NCBI RefSeq assembly: GCF_002075285.3
Contig: NZ_CP021983.2
Location: 2,580,001 to 2,612,000 of the forward strand
Direction: 5' to 3'
DNA from: Halomicronema hongdechloris C2206
GTDB taxonomy: Bacteria > Cyanobacteriota > Cyanobacteriia > Phormidesmidales > Phormidesmidaceae
Length of the DNA: 32,000 nt
Under the pieces are notes generated by a model. The model worked only from the letters and a program-made list of their open reading frames with translations. It did no database searches and was not told where the DNA came from. Below are positions 10,014 to 21,474 of the stretch, one piece after another (position 1 is the first letter of the stretch; every line of letters begins with the position of its first letter). A program made the translations under genes and the position numbers.

Positions 10014-10354
10014 GGGTAGGTAGTCTCTAAAACAACACAGAGGATCAATTTTGTTGAATTCCTATCACATCCATCAGCGGTGATCCAGGAACAACTGCCA
10101 GCTATTCAGCCCCTAGGCTGATCCAATGAAACACCGTCAAGACTGACTTACTACTTACTATGCCGTAAGGACCCGCAGGTCGACTGAGCTAAGGACCAGT
10201 TGTTTGTGAAATATTCTTAACTTAATTTAACTTAGTTCTGAAAAGTCTGCCAATTACAGTTCCCCTCGCCCCCAGCCAGGGACTAAGACGCCATGGCCGC
10301 TAGTGCCTCGGTTCCCAGCTAATGACATGGTAACTGCAATGACTCTGCAGTCTA

Positions 10355-10879
10355 CTAGGTCTCGGAATCTTGTCGCACATATAGGGTGTAGGGATAGTAG
10401 CGGTCTCGTTGGTAAGACCCTACCCAAATGTGATAGTTGCCCTGCAGCCACTCCCCTGACAGCCCAGGATTGTGCTCCTGGTAATCATCGTTACACCAAA
10501 CCCCATTGTCCCCTCGAATCACTAGGGTGGTATCTTGACGGCTCTCGACCCACAGAGTCAGGGCCGGGAAATCGGCCTCTAAGACCAAAATATGATCTGG
10601 AGAGGTATCACTGAGATACCCTAAGCAACGGCCATTGGGGGTTTGCTCGGTGTCAACTACGTCTCCAGCCAACTGGGAGCCACCGCTAACGCCACTCACC
10701 TGGGCGGGATTGGGCTGAAATCCTGGACGCAAGCGAATTTCTGGATGGGCGGTCGCAGCTTGAGCCCAGCCTGGAGCTGGCGCTAGCCCTACCGCAAGAC
10801 TAACCAGATAAACCAGAGGCCCCCCTTCTGTACTGAGCCTCCTACTGAGAACCCTTGATATAGACACCGGTATCACCAT
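10355..10879 (-). CDS. hypothetical secreted protein
   Basis: 174-aa ORF with ATG start and an N-terminal hydrophobic signal ending APGWAQA. Two Cys residues. Starts 4 nt downstream of the gltX stop. No family recognised. Confidence 0.5.
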   Translation of the reverse strand: MVIPVSISRVLSRRLSTEGGPLVYLVSLAVGLAPAPGWAQAATAHPEIRLRPGFQPNPAQVSGVSGGSQLAGDVVDTEQTPNGRCLGYLSDTSPDHILVLEADFPALTLWVESRQDTTLVIRGDNGVWCNDDYQEHNPGLSGEWLQGNYHIWVGSYQRDRYYPYTLYVRQDSET

Positions 10880-10883
10880 GAGG

Positions 10884-12332
10884 TTAGGAAGTGGCTATGG
10901 ACAGGGCAGCTGCTAAGCGCGGCCGATCAAACTGGCGTTGGTGCAGAATAAACCAAGATTCCACTAGATCTGGCCCTTGCATGTCTCCCATCAGGGCGGC
11001 CCGTAGCGATCGCATCATCAGTCCTTTCTTCACCCCTTGGGCCTTAGTGACTTGGTTGATCAGGCCTTTGGCAGCATCGATGCTATCTAGGGAAACGGTG
11101 GGCAGGGCCTCATACACAGCGCTCAAGATGGCGTCTATCCCCTCTTGCTGCAGCTGCTGGCGGGCGGCCTCGCTGTAGTCCACGGTTTCAGTAAAGAAGA
11201 AGTGGCTGAGCTCAACGGCATCGGGCAAGCGAGTCAGGCTAGGACCGACCAGAGCGGCCAGGGCCTCTAGCCAGGGGCGATCCTGGTCAGGATCAAAGGC
11301 ATAACCAGCTTCCTGCCAGTAGGGAATCAGAGCCTCAACCAGTTGAGCCGGTGGCGTAGCATGGAGATACTGACTGTTGAGCCAGTCCAGCTTATCCCAA
11401 TCGAATTTGGCCCCAGCCCTATTGACGCGATCAAAGCTAAATTGTTTCGCTGCCTCTGCCAGAGTAAATTGTTCTTGACCATCCGGAGGCGACCAGCCCA
11501 GTAGGGTCATGTAGTTGGCCAGGGCCGCGGCGGTGAAGCCCATGTTCTGAAACTCGGAGATGGAGGTGACGCCGTCCCGCTTCGACAGCTTTTGGCCTGA
11601 GGGGTTGAGAATCAGTGGCGTATGGGCAAACTCTGGCACCGGTACCCCCAACGCCTCGTAGAGTAGGATCTGTTTGGCGGTGTTGGCAATGTGGTCTTCT
11701 CCCCGAATCACATGGGTGATGGCCATATCCACGTCGTCTGCAACCACCGCCAAGTTGTAGAGGGGCTGGCCAATCTGGCCGCCACCGGAAGCACGAGCAA
11801 TTACCATGTCCCCGCCGAGGTCGCTGCCTTGCCAGGTCATGGGACCGTGCACCAGGTCATGCCAGCGAACGGTGCGATCGTCGTCGATGCGAAAGCGGAT
11901 CACCGCTGAGCGACCCTCGGCCTCATAGGCGGCCTGCTGCTGTGGGGTGAGATGGCGATGGCGATTGTCGTAGCGGGGAGCTAAGCCCTTGGCTTTCTGC
12001 TGGGCTCGCATGGCATCCAGCTCTGCTGGGGTATCGTAGGCACGATAGGCCAGTCCCTTATCCAATAGGGTCTGAATAGTGGTGCGATAGAGATCGAAAC
12101 GCTGGGACTGAAAATAGGGACCTTCATCCCAGGACAGCCCCAGCCATTGCAGTCCAGCCAAGATATTGTCGGTAAACTCCGGTCGTGACCGCTCGGTGTC
12201 GGTGTCTTCGATGCGCAAGATGAACTGGCCCCCTTTATGGCGGGCAAATAGCCAGTTAAAGACCGCCGTGCGGGCGGTGCCAATGTGCAGGTTTCCGGTG
12301 GGACTGGGGGCAATGCGAACACGAACGGTCAT
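10884..12332 (-). CDS. gltX: Glutamate--tRNA ligase
   Basis: HIGH motif ([13 protein letters not shown]) and KMSKS-type KLSKR. I chose the ATG at 12332 ([13 protein letters not shown]) over the upstream TTG at 12353 used in the ORF track. Confidence 0.95.
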   Translation of the reverse strand: MTVRVRIAPSPTGNLHIGTARTAVFNWLFARHKGGQFILRIEDTDTERSRPEFTDNILAGLQWLGLSWDEGPYFQSQRFDLYRTTIQTLLDKGLAYRAYDTPAELDAMRAQQKAKGLAPRYDNRHRHLTPQQQAAYEAEGRSAVIRFRIDDDRTVRWHDLVHGPMTWQGSDLGGDMVIARASGGGQIGQPLYNLAVVADDVDMAITHVIRGEDHIANTAKQILLYEALGVPVPEFAHTPLILNPSGQKLSKRDGVTSISEFQNMGFTAAALANYMTLLGWSPPDGQEQFTLAEAAKQFSFDRVNRAGAKFDWDKLDWLNSQYLHATPPAQLVEALIPYWQEAGYAFDPDQDRPWLEALAALVGPSLTRLPDAVELSHFFFTETVDYSEAARQQLQQEGIDAILSAVYEALPTVSLDSIDAAKGLINQVTKAQGVKKGLMMRSLRAALMGDMQGPDLVESWFILHQRQFDRPRLAAALSIATS

Positions 12333-12371
12333 GGTGTGTGCAACGAGCAACAAATGACTATTCTATAAGGT

Positions 12372-13013
12372 TTATAGGGGTGCCGATGCTGGCTTAGTTG
12401 CATGGAGCACCTGCAGGCTGCCGCCCCCATAGAGTTGGAAAGACGTCACCTGTAACCCCGCTTTCTCAAGCTCGGTGGCCACATCACTGTCGAGCAACTG
12501 CCAGGCAGTTTCCGTTTCAAATAGCCACAGAAATAGGGCCAACCCAGGCCAAAGCAACGGATTGTGGGGCCGATGAAAATCCACCATGGCCAAGGTTCCG
12601 CCCGGCCTCAGCACCCGCCCAGCCTCTTGAAAAATCTGCTGCCGCTGCGCTGGGGTCATCTCATGCATGGCGGCACTGGTGTGCACCACATCGAAAGAGT
12701 TGTCAGCCAGAGGCATCTCCTCCGCCCAGCCTTGCACATAGGTGGCCTGGGGGACGTTTTCCTGAGCCCTTTCCAGGGAGCGGGGGGAAATATCTAGGCC
12801 CGTCACCTGCTCTGACTGTTCCACCAAGAAGCGGGTAGTTTGACCGCTGCCACAGCAGAGATCCAGGACCCGGGTCTCAGGAGTGATGGTTAATCCCTGC
12901 AGGGGCAGGTGGCGAAAGCGCCGCTCTCCGCCGACGGTGAGGGCAGCTGTGCGGGAAATCGCATCATAGAGCCACTGATAGCGATAGCTCAGGGGTCTTA
13001 GAAAGGTAGCCAT
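12372..13013 (-). CDS. Class I SAM-dependent methyltransferase
   Basis: Motif I VLDLCCGSGQ, with downstream motifs consistent with the Methyltransf_11/UbiE-like fold. I preferred the ATG at 13013 (MATFLRPLSYRYQWLYD) over the TTG at 13145. Confidence 0.8.
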   Translation of the reverse strand: MATFLRPLSYRYQWLYDAISRTAALTVGGERRFRHLPLQGLTITPETRVLDLCCGSGQTTRFLVEQSEQVTGLDISPRSLERAQENVPQATYVQGWAEEMPLADNSFDVVHTSAAMHEMTPAQRQQIFQEAGRVLRPGGTLAMVDFHRPHNPLLWPGLALFLWLFETETAWQLLDSDVATELEKAGLQVTSFQLYGGGSLQVLHATKPASAPL

Positions 13014-13059
13014 GGCAGGATGACGTTGATGCGGGAGTCGCCTGGATAAGCCCAGGCGC

Positions 13060-13497
13060 TTATTTTCCACTGTAAGGCTTTTTGCAGTTGTCCCTATGTA
13101 GATGCACCTGAGAATACAACGGCCATAACACAACAGCCTGGCCAAATTGCAGACCCGTAATCACTATCAAGCAGTCTACCAGGCGGCTATCCACGGCTGC
13201 TTCTAGGATCCCTAAGCCCCCCAGAGCCATTTCATTCACAGCCAGAAACGGGCGAGGCCAAAGACCGGGCTGCGAGGCCACAATCCGCCAAGGGGTGCCG
13301 ATGCTCGCATCAATGTCATCCATCGCAGCCAGGCGGCCCTGGTAGACTACAGTTAGTCCCACTCCGCCCGGCAGCGATCGCGTCCAGGCCAAATACGGCA
13401 GGCCCTGCAGTCGTACCCTCAGCCAAGACCAACAGATTCAGCGCCAGGCCACAGCCTATCGCGACTGGCCCCAGCCCTACGTGCACCTGCTGCAATT
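13060..13497 (-). pseudogene. Possible disrupted hypothetical gene (two reading frames that join near 13355)
   Basis: One minus-strand frame reads LQQVHVGLGPVAIGCGLALNLLVLAEGTTAGPAVFGLDAIAAGRSG. A second frame continues GLTVVYQGRLAAMDDIDASIGTPWRIVASQPG... Only a TTG start is available and no family is recognised. Confidence 0.2.
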
Positions 13498-13563
13498 TTT
13501 AGACTAAAAAGGATCGGTCATTACGACTTACTGAGGCCACTTAAGAGCGATAATCTAACTGAG

Positions 13564-13590
13564 TTAGCACTCGCCCATAGGGAGTGCTAA
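13564..13590 (+). promoter_or_regulatory. CIRCE operator (HrcA binding site) upstream of groEL
   Basis: Perfect TTAGCACTC-N9-GAGTGCTAA inverted repeat, 31 nt upstream of the groEL ATG. Confidence 0.95.
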
Positions 13591-13611
13591 GCCAACACTG
13601 CAGAGCTGTAA

Positions 13612-15294
<1,683 letters not shown>

Positions 15295-15350
15295 GCCCAG
15301 CCATCCCGGCGACCACCAACCATTCAGCCTATTGACTGAATAGACTAGCG

Positions 15351-15385
15351 ACGAGGGCTTAGGTAACTAAGCCCTCGTTGTGTTC
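15351..15385 (+). terminator. Rho-independent terminator of groEL
   Basis: 12-bp perfect stem ACGAGGGCTTAG / CTAAGCCCTCGT with a GTAA loop, followed by a T-rich TGTGTTCATT tail. Confidence 0.75.
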
Positions 15386-15442
15386 ATTGAACTAGCAGCT
15401 CTATTGACCGGTTACTCTGCCAACCACATTTGGGCCGTTCTA

Positions 15443-15562
15443 GGCATAGGCCAGGTGTTCATCTTGAGGGTCCAAAAGCCAGGACCGAAACCCATTGTTG
15501 TGGGGAATGTCATGGTTCACCACGAAGGTGACGGCCCGATTCCAGGGCAGCGCATTCCCTGC
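15443..15562 (-). pseudogene. Short remnant resembling GH13 alpha-amylase-family conserved region IV
   Basis: The minus-strand frame reads AGNALPWNRAVTFVVNHDIPHNNGFRSWLLDPQDEHLAYA, bounded by stops on both sides. FVxNHD is the GH13 region IV signature. Confidence 0.3.
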
Positions 15563-15605
15563 TTAATAAAGCCTGGTAGCCACGCTGTCGTTCGGATGGA
15601 GCAAG

Positions 15606-15792
15606 ATGCAGGAACTCAGGTCGGAAGTGGTTGAATTGATGCCGAGTGCCCATATGCAGGCGACTTTGCAGTGTTTATTGGCCCTATTGTTGGCCTCACG
15701 ACGTCCGCGACCTCAGCATAGCCAAACGAAATCGGCAGCGGCGCTCAGCCGCTTTCTCAATCGCTATGGTTGGCCCAGACGACAGCAAAACC
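15606..15792 (+). pseudogene. Possible transposase N-terminal remnant (IS701/IS4-like)
   Basis: The 62-aa stretch ...LQCLLALLLASRRPRPQHSQTKSAAALSRFLNRYGWP... resembles, from memory only, the N-termini of cyanobacterial DDE transposases. It ends abruptly where the Uma2 fragment begins in another frame. Confidence 0.25.
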
Positions 15793-16056
15793 ATGGTCAT
15801 GGCCCCGATGCTGATTGCTGAGGTGCTGTCAAAATCCACCCAGAGCTACGATCAGGGCGATAAATTCATGTACTACCGCTCCATCCCAGACATGCGGGAG
15901 TACCTTCTGGTCGATCAAAAACAGCATCATGTCATTAGTCTGGCCCAAGAAAAAATCGATATTTTCCAGGTCGATTCGACTCTGCTCAGAGAACACCGGC
16001 TTTCTCCGCTAGAGACGCTACGCGAACGACTCTGCGCAGCCAGCGATCATCGATAA
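15793..16056 (+). pseudogene. Uma2 (DUF820) putative endonuclease fragment
   Basis: PMLIAEVLSKSTQSYDQGDKFMYYRSIPDMREYLLVDQKQHHV matches the conserved Uma2 core (xEVLSxSTxxxDxxxKxxxYxxxxxxEYxLVD). The N-terminal half is missing and the tail is unrelated. Confidence 0.5.
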
Positions 16057-17464
16057 ACGAACAGGCGTTTGGCAGCGCGGGTAAAGGCCACATAGCAGAG
16101 CTGATTACGCTCCATCACATTGGGGTTCGCTGCCATGGAAGGCAAATCGACAAACACATCCTGAAAGGTAGACCCCTGGCTCTTGTGGATAGTGAGGCTG
16201 TAGGCGTAGTTGACATCGTGGAAGAGTTGCTTCAGGGTCCAGAATTCCTGCCAGCGCTTTTCGGCAGCCAGGGCTTCCAGGCGCAAGCGATACTGGGATT
16301 GCCCCCGCTGGTGCAGCACCCGCAACATACGGTAATCCCCTTCCTCCGTTTCCACCTCTAGAAACCACACCGGCCAATCTCCGGCATAGCCCGGCGTCGC
16401 CTGCAGCACTTCGCATTCAGCCGAGGTGGGCAGCACAATCGTGTCATCTTCTAAGCAGGGATTATTGGCAATCAGGCGCTCCCCTGGCACGAAGCGATCG
16501 GCCTCGGGGCCATAGATGGTGGCCCGAATCTGGCTGTTGAGTTGATGCACTCGCCGGTTGGTATAGGCCAGCCCCCGCACCTGATCAGGATCGTGTTGAT
16601 ACGCCTCACTGGTGACGGCCCGCAGCAGTAATTGATGCCAGCGGGACCGAGACAGAACGAAGCAACCTTCGGTCTGCTCCGGATTGGTGTCGCTGCCAAA
16701 GCGGGGAAAATGGTCTCGCTCTAGATGGCGGCGCAGATCTTCTGCCAAGATACCGATGGCATTGCCATAGCGGACCACTTGGGTCAGGTCAGAGCGATGA
16801 TGAATCTGGCGAAAACAGGGAGATTCCGGCTCGCCCACCGGCGGTAATTGGGCCGCATCGCCGACGAAGAGAAGCTGGGTCCCGGTGTAGAGATCGGAGA
16901 CGGCATTGACCAGCAGCGCCCACATCTCGGCGTTGATCATGGAACACTCGTCCACAATCACTAGGCGGTAGCGGTCGAGTTGGCTGCTCTGGTGCCGGTC
17001 GGGGCGAAATAATTGCCGTCCGGTTTGGTCATCGATTACCGGTCGTAGCCCCAGCAGCTTACAGCAGGTCATGCAGTCCAGGGTGAGGCCCCAGCGAATG
17101 GCCATGGTGCCCAGAACCTTGGTGGCCTTATTGCTGAAGGCGGTGAGGACGATGATGCTACGCTTGTCTTTCTGCCGCCGCAGCCGCGTGATCAGGGCCT
17201 GCAGCAGGGTGGTTTTGCCGGGTGCCGGCATAGCCGGTGAGTAAATAGAGTTTTTCCTGGCTGTGCAGGAAATTCTCCAGGGCCTGTAGGGCTTGCCATT
17301 TGCTCAGCAGTTAACGCTATCCCCGGCAACACCTCGGGGATAGTCTCTGGGGTTGCCTCAGCGACACTGAATTCTGACGCTGCCGGTTTCCATGGCTCTA
17401 GGATAGCCGACGGTAGAGACTTACTGACAGTATGGGGGTCTGGCTGCAGCGACGGCAGCGTCAT
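16047..17464 (-). pseudogene. RecD/Dda/Pif1-like SF1 DNA helicase, reading frame broken twice near the N-terminus (pseudogene or homopolymer sequencing errors)
   Basis: Motifs VIVDECSM, FVGDAAQLPPV, TIHKSQGSTF and YVAFTRA. Removing one A (run at 17299-17301) and one C/G (run at 17220-17222) restores LTAEQWQALQALENFLHSQEKLYLLTGYAGTGKTTLLQALITR. The ATG at 17464 overlaps the mtnA stop (ATGA). Confidence 0.8.
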
Positions 17465-18522
17465 CTCGCCTGATCTCGATAGGCGTGGAGATCGGTGGGT
17501 GCGATCGCACCCTGTTCGGTGACAATGGCAGTGATTAACTCGGCAGGAGTGACATCGGCGGTGGGGTTATAGCACTCCACCGCCTTAGGGGTGAGCAGCT
17601 TGCCGCCAACGCGAGCGATTTCCGCTGGGGCGGCCGTGGCAATGGCGGCCTGCTCCCCACCGGGCAGGGAAAAGTCTACCGTCGACAGGGGCGCCGCCAC
17701 CAGAAAGGGAACATCATGGGCCTTGGCGATCAGGGCCAAGCCATAGGTGCCAATCTTATTGATCACATCGCCATTGGCGGCAATCCGGTCGGCCCCCGCC
17801 AACACCGCGTGAATACGGCCCTCTTGCATACAACGGGCGGCGGCACTGTCGGTCACCACCGTCACCGGAATTCCCTCCTGCACACCATTCCCAGGCGTTA
17901 ACCGCGAGCCCTGAAAGCGGGGGCGGGTTTCGCCGGCATAGACCCGAGCCAGCCGCCCCTGTTGCCACGCCGTCCGCACCACCGCCAAGGAAGTGCCATA
18001 GCCTGCCGTGGCCAGGGCGCCATGGTTACAGTGGGTGAATAGGGTGAGCTGGTCTGGGGTAGACGGTAGGATCGCCAGCCCATGATCCCCAATGGCATGG
18101 CCAATGTGCAAATCCTCGGTCTGCATGGCCTGGGCCGTCTGCAACAACCGCTCCCGAATCGACTCCACCGAGCCCGGGGTCTGGATGGCCACCTGCATCA
18201 TCCGCTCCATGGCCCGTTGCAGACTGGTCTTGTCGGGGCGCAGGCTACGCAGTTGTTCCGCCACCGCTTCCAGGCGTTCCAGAAAGGCCTGCCGGTCCTC
18301 CATCCGCATTTCCGAGGCCCCCAGATAGACGCCATAGGCGGCAGCGATGCCAATGGCTGACTCTCCGGCCACGATGCGGCTACGAATCGCCGTCATCATG
18401 TCGTCGCAGCGGCTAATGGAGACGACGGTATATTCCTCGGGCAGCTTATTTTGATCGACCAGGAGCACGTGATCTGTTTGCCAGACCACCGGATAAACAT
18501 GGGTATCGACCGAATCAACCAT
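17461..18522 (-). CDS. mtnA: S-methyl-5-thioribose-1-phosphate isomerase (eIF-2B alpha/beta/delta family)
   Basis: Family-typical HCNHGALATAGYGT, GETRPRFQGSRLT, GADRIAANGDVINKIGTY and AAPLSTVD segments. 353 aa. Confidence 0.9.
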   Translation of the reverse strand: MVDSVDTHVYPVVWQTDHVLLVDQNKLPEEYTVVSISRCDDMMTAIRSRIVAGESAIGIAAAYGVYLGASEMRMEDRQAFLERLEAVAEQLRSLRPDKTSLQRAMERMMQVAIQTPGSVESIRERLLQTAQAMQTEDLHIGHAIGDHGLAILPSTPDQLTLFTHCNHGALATAGYGTSLAVVRTAWQQGRLARVYAGETRPRFQGSRLTPGNGVQEGIPVTVVTDSAAARCMQEGRIHAVLAGADRIAANGDVINKIGTYGLALIAKAHDVPFLVAAPLSTVDFSLPGGEQAAIATAAPAEIARVGGKLLTPKAVECYNPTADVTPAELITAIVTEQGAIAPTDLHAYRDQAR

Positions 18523-18560
18523 AGGTCGTTGGCCGGCAGAGGCCGTATAAAGAAGACAGT

Positions 18561-18587
18561 GGGGATGCAGGATGCCCCTACATCCCC
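18561..18587 (-). terminator. Candidate terminator hairpin downstream of dxs
   Basis: GGGGATG / CATCCCC 7-bp stem with a 13-nt loop, 23 nt past the dxs stop. The minus-strand tail is only moderately T-rich. Confidence 0.35.
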
Positions 18588-18609
18588 TTAAACCATACCC
18601 CGTCTGCGG

Positions 18610-20517
18610 CTAGACCCGAACGGCAGATTTTTCCACGCTGTAGGTGGACAAAATCCGCTGTGCCATCTGGGCCGGGGTCAGGCCCAGGGTGGCCTTGGCT
18701 TCATCGGGCTGGGCGTGATCCACCAGTTGGTCGGGCACCCCTAGGCGCAACACCGGCAAAGTCATCTGGGCATCCATCAGGGCCTCGGCCACAGCGGAGC
18801 CAAACCCACCCATGCGGCAGCCCTCCTCCAGGGTGACGACCCGGCCAATTTGCTGGGCCAGGGGCAGAATCAGCTCCGTATCTAGGGGTTTGGCGAAGCG
18901 GGCATTCACCACCGTCGCCTCGATGCCATGCTCGCTGAGAATTTCAGCCGTTTGCAGGGCGGGATACACCATGGATCCGTAGCCCACCAGCAGCACATCG
19001 TCTCCCTGGCGCAACACTTCTCCCTTACCGATGGGCACAGGCTCCCAGCCCTCTTCCATCAGGGGCACGCCGTAGCCATTGCCCCGGGGATAGCGCACCG
19101 CAATGGGGCTACTGGTGTGGTTGATGCCGGTGACTAACATGCGTTGCAATTCGGCCTCGTCTTTGGGGGCCATCAGCACCATGTTGGGAACACAGCGTAG
19201 GTAGGCAATGTCATAGAGCCCTTGGTGGGTGGGGCCATCGGCCCCAACGATGCCGGCCCGGTCCAGGCAGAAGAACACCGGCAGGTTTTGAATACAGACA
19301 TCATGAATGACCTGATCAAAGCCCCGCTGCAGGAAGGTGGAGTAAATGGCTGCCACCGGCCGCATGCCCTCGCAGGCCAATCCCGCCGATAGGGTGACGG
19401 CATGCTGCTCGGCGATGCCCACGTCGATATATTGCTGGGGCAAGGCTTCCTGCAGCTTGTTGAGGCCGGTGCCCGTGGCCATGGCAGCGGTGATGCCGAT
19501 GATTTTGGGATTGTCTTGGGCCAGCTTGATCAGGGTTTGGGCGAAGACCTTGGAATATTTAGGCGGCTTGGGCTTGCTGGAGGGAAGACCCTTGCCGGTG
19601 GCCAGGTCGAAGGGGGATTGGGCATGGTAGCCCACCTGATCCCGCTCGGCGATTTCATACCCTTTGCCTTTGGTGGTGGCCACATGCACCAGCACTGGGC
19701 CCGGATGCTGATGGGCTTCTTGGAAGGTGCTGATCAATTCCTGCAGGTTGTGACCATCGATGGGGCCAATGTAGGTGAAGCCCAACTCCTCGAAGACGGC
19801 TCCGACCTTGGGAATGGCCAGGCGCTTCATGCCCTCTTTCACCCGGTGTAGTTCTGGGGAGAGGGAGTCGCCGACGAAGGGCAGATGCTTGAACTGCTCT
19901 TCCAGGTTGTCGCTGAGAAACTGCACTGGCGGGCTCAGGCGCATTTTGTTCAGGTAACGGGGAATCGCCCCGACGTTGGGCGAGATCGACATCTCGTTGT
20001 CGTTGAGCACCACCAGCAAGCGGGTATTGGGCAGGTGGCCGGCGTGGTTGATGGCCTCTAGGGCCATGCCCCCGGTGAGGGCGCCATCGCCGATGATGGC
20101 ACAGACCTTAAAGTCTTCCCCTTTGCGATCGCGGCCCAGGGCCATACCCAGGGCAGCCGAGATGCTAGTGGAGGCGTGACCGGCGCCGAAGTGATCGAAG
20201 CGGCTCTCGCATCGCTTCAGATAGCCAGCAACGCCGTCTTTCTGCCGTAGGGTGTGGAAGCGGTGATAGCGACCGGTGATCAGCTTGTGGGGGTAGGCCT
20301 GATGGCCAACGTCCCAGAGGACCTTGTCGTGATCCAGGTCGAGGGTTTGATAGAGGGCCAGGGTGAGTTCGACCACCCCCAACCCGGGGCCTAGGTGGCC
20401 ACCGCTAGTGGAGACGGTCTCTAAATGCTTTTCACGAATCTGGCGGGCAATATCTTCTAGTTGCCGAATGGACAGCCCGTGCAGTTGATTGGGATGAGTT
20501 ATTTCACTCAGGTGCAT
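18610..20517 (-). CDS. dxs: 1-deoxy-D-xylulose-5-phosphate synthase
   Basis: TPP-binding [13 protein letters not shown]...NDN motif and transketolase-like domains. The ATG at 20517 ([16 protein letters not shown]) is preferred over the GTG at 20568. Confidence 0.97.
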   Translation of the reverse strand: MHLSEITHPNQLHGLSIRQLEDIARQIREKHLETVSTSGGHLGPGLGVVELTLALYQTLDLDHDKVLWDVGHQAYPHKLITGRYHRFHTLRQKDGVAGYLKRCESRFDHFGAGHASTSISAALGMALGRDRKGEDFKVCAIIGDGALTGGMALEAINHAGHLPNTRLLVVLNDNEMSISPNVGAIPRYLNKMRLSPPVQFLSDNLEEQFKHLPFVGDSLSPELHRVKEGMKRLAIPKVGAVFEELGFTYIGPIDGHNLQELISTFQEAHQHPGPVLVHVATTKGKGYEIAERDQVGYHAQSPFDLATGKGLPSSKPKPPKYSKVFAQTLIKLAQDNPKIIGITAAMATGTGLNKLQEALPQQYIDVGIAEQHAVTLSAGLACEGMRPVAAIYSTFLQRGFDQVIHDVCIQNLPVFFCLDRAGIVGADGPTHQGLYDIAYLRCVPNMVLMAPKDEAELQRMLVTGINHTSSPIAVRYPRGNGYGVPLMEEGWEPVPIGKGEVLRQGDDVLLVGYGSMVYPALQTAEILSEHGIEATVVNARFAKPLDTELILPLAQQIGRVVTLEEGCRMGGFGSAVAEALMDAQMTLPVLRLGVPDQLVDHAQPDEAKATLGLTPAQMAQRILSTYSVEKSAVRV

Positions 20518-20720
20518 ACTGAAATATCCTCTGGATCCATGCAAATGGTGATTTCCTGCTAACCTCACTGTAGGAGATTTGTCTACCAGGGGCAGGAGCT
20601 TGGGGCAGCCTTAGCTAACCACTCTAGACAGATTTGCCAAGACCATACGTTTATTGAGCAATAAGCCGTAATCGCTGCTGACAACCGTTAACTAACCGAT
20701 ATAACCTTTAACGTTCTGTT

Positions 20721-21245
20721 ATGGTTCATTTTCGTGTGTGCTCACATGGCCTCCAGTGGCCTACGATACCGTTCACCATCGCGGGTTGGATTGCGATCGC
20801 AACCACTGTTAACATCACCCCCTCGGCCGGGGCCAACCAGTATGATACCTGTGCCCGGGACCTGCTCGCTGCCGGAGTCGCCCCCGAAGCCGCCCGCACC
20901 ACCTGTGCCAAGGCCCTCCATCCTACAGAGCTGGCTGACTGCGTTGAGTCTGTGGCTGAGGTGACTGAGGTGGCCCCTGACGAGATTCTATCGGCTTGCT
21001 CTCGGGATCGACGTCCCCAGGACATGGCCAGCTGCGTCAGCGATATCTACACCACCCTGGCGGTGTCTGATGGGCTGAAGGTGCTAGAGAGCTGCCATCG
21101 CAGCATCTTGCCCCGACGCTATAGTGCCTGTGTCACTGGCCTAGCAGATGCCCTAGAGACCAGCACCGATGACGCCCTCAATAGCTGCCTCAGCGCCGGC
21201 TATCGCCCCACCGACCTCGATCCCACCTTCATCCCCGCCGAGTAG
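20721..21245 (+). CDS. hypothetical exported protein with a fourfold Cys-pair repeat
   Basis: 174 aa with an N-terminal hydrophobic segment. Eight Cys are arranged as C-x17-C, C-x18-C, C-x19-C and C-x18-C, separated each time by exactly 11 residues. Confidence 0.5.
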   Translation: MVHFRVCSHGLQWPTIPFTIAGWIAIATTVNITPSAGANQYDTCARDLLAAGVAPEAARTTCAKALHPTELADCVESVAEVTEVAPDEILSACSRDRRPQDMASCVSDIYTTLAVSDGLKVLESCHRSILPRRYSACVTGLADALETSTDDALNSCLSAGYRPTDLDPTFIPAE

Positions 21246-21361
21246 CAGCAGGGGCCGAGAGTACTCGGGTTTGTGGATTAGGGGGGCTGATTTGAATGCC
21301 AGCCACACAGCTTGCTCCCTTGCCCCTTGGGGCCCGGGAAGTAGTACGTAGTAGTACGCAT

Positions 21362-21393
21362 AAACCCCCCAGGTGCTTAACACCCAGGGGGTT
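21362..21393 (-). terminator. Candidate terminator hairpin between convergent genes (best fit for rbp)
   Basis: AAACCCCC ... GGGGGTTT outer stem with an inner GGTG/CACC pairing. On the minus strand it is followed by TTTAT. Lies about 80 nt downstream of the rbp stop. Confidence 0.5.
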
Positions 21394-21474
21394 TGCAATC
21401 ACGGGCTCTGCCTCAGAGACACGGAGCGTCTAGCGATACAGGTTCCCAGCCAAAGACTCAGATCGGACCAAGAC

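Noticed and set aside
10254-10614. ORFs 10254-10451 (minus) and 10303-10614 (plus)
   Set aside because: They overlap the 3' end of the 174-aa secreted-protein gene and the ftsH upstream region, and they have no coding features. The region more likely carries the ftsH promoter and leader.
12333-12353. Longer N-terminal extensions from non-ATG starts in the ORF track (gltX TTG 12353, methyltransferase TTG 13145, dxs GTG 20568, thioredoxin GTG 29860)
   Set aside because: The downstream ATGs give N-termini that match the conserved family starts ([25 protein letters not shown]) or have better SD spacing. The extensions look non-native.
15380-15634. 84-aa plus-strand ORF downstream of groEL
   Set aside because: It starts inside the groEL terminator and has no recognisable family. 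The opposite strand carries a GH13-like FVVNHD remnant, which explains the open frame better. It is treated as pseudogene debris.
17192-17464. 90-aa ORF treated as an independent small gene
   Set aside because: It is the N-terminal part of the helicase gene in its original frame and ends only because of the frameshifts.
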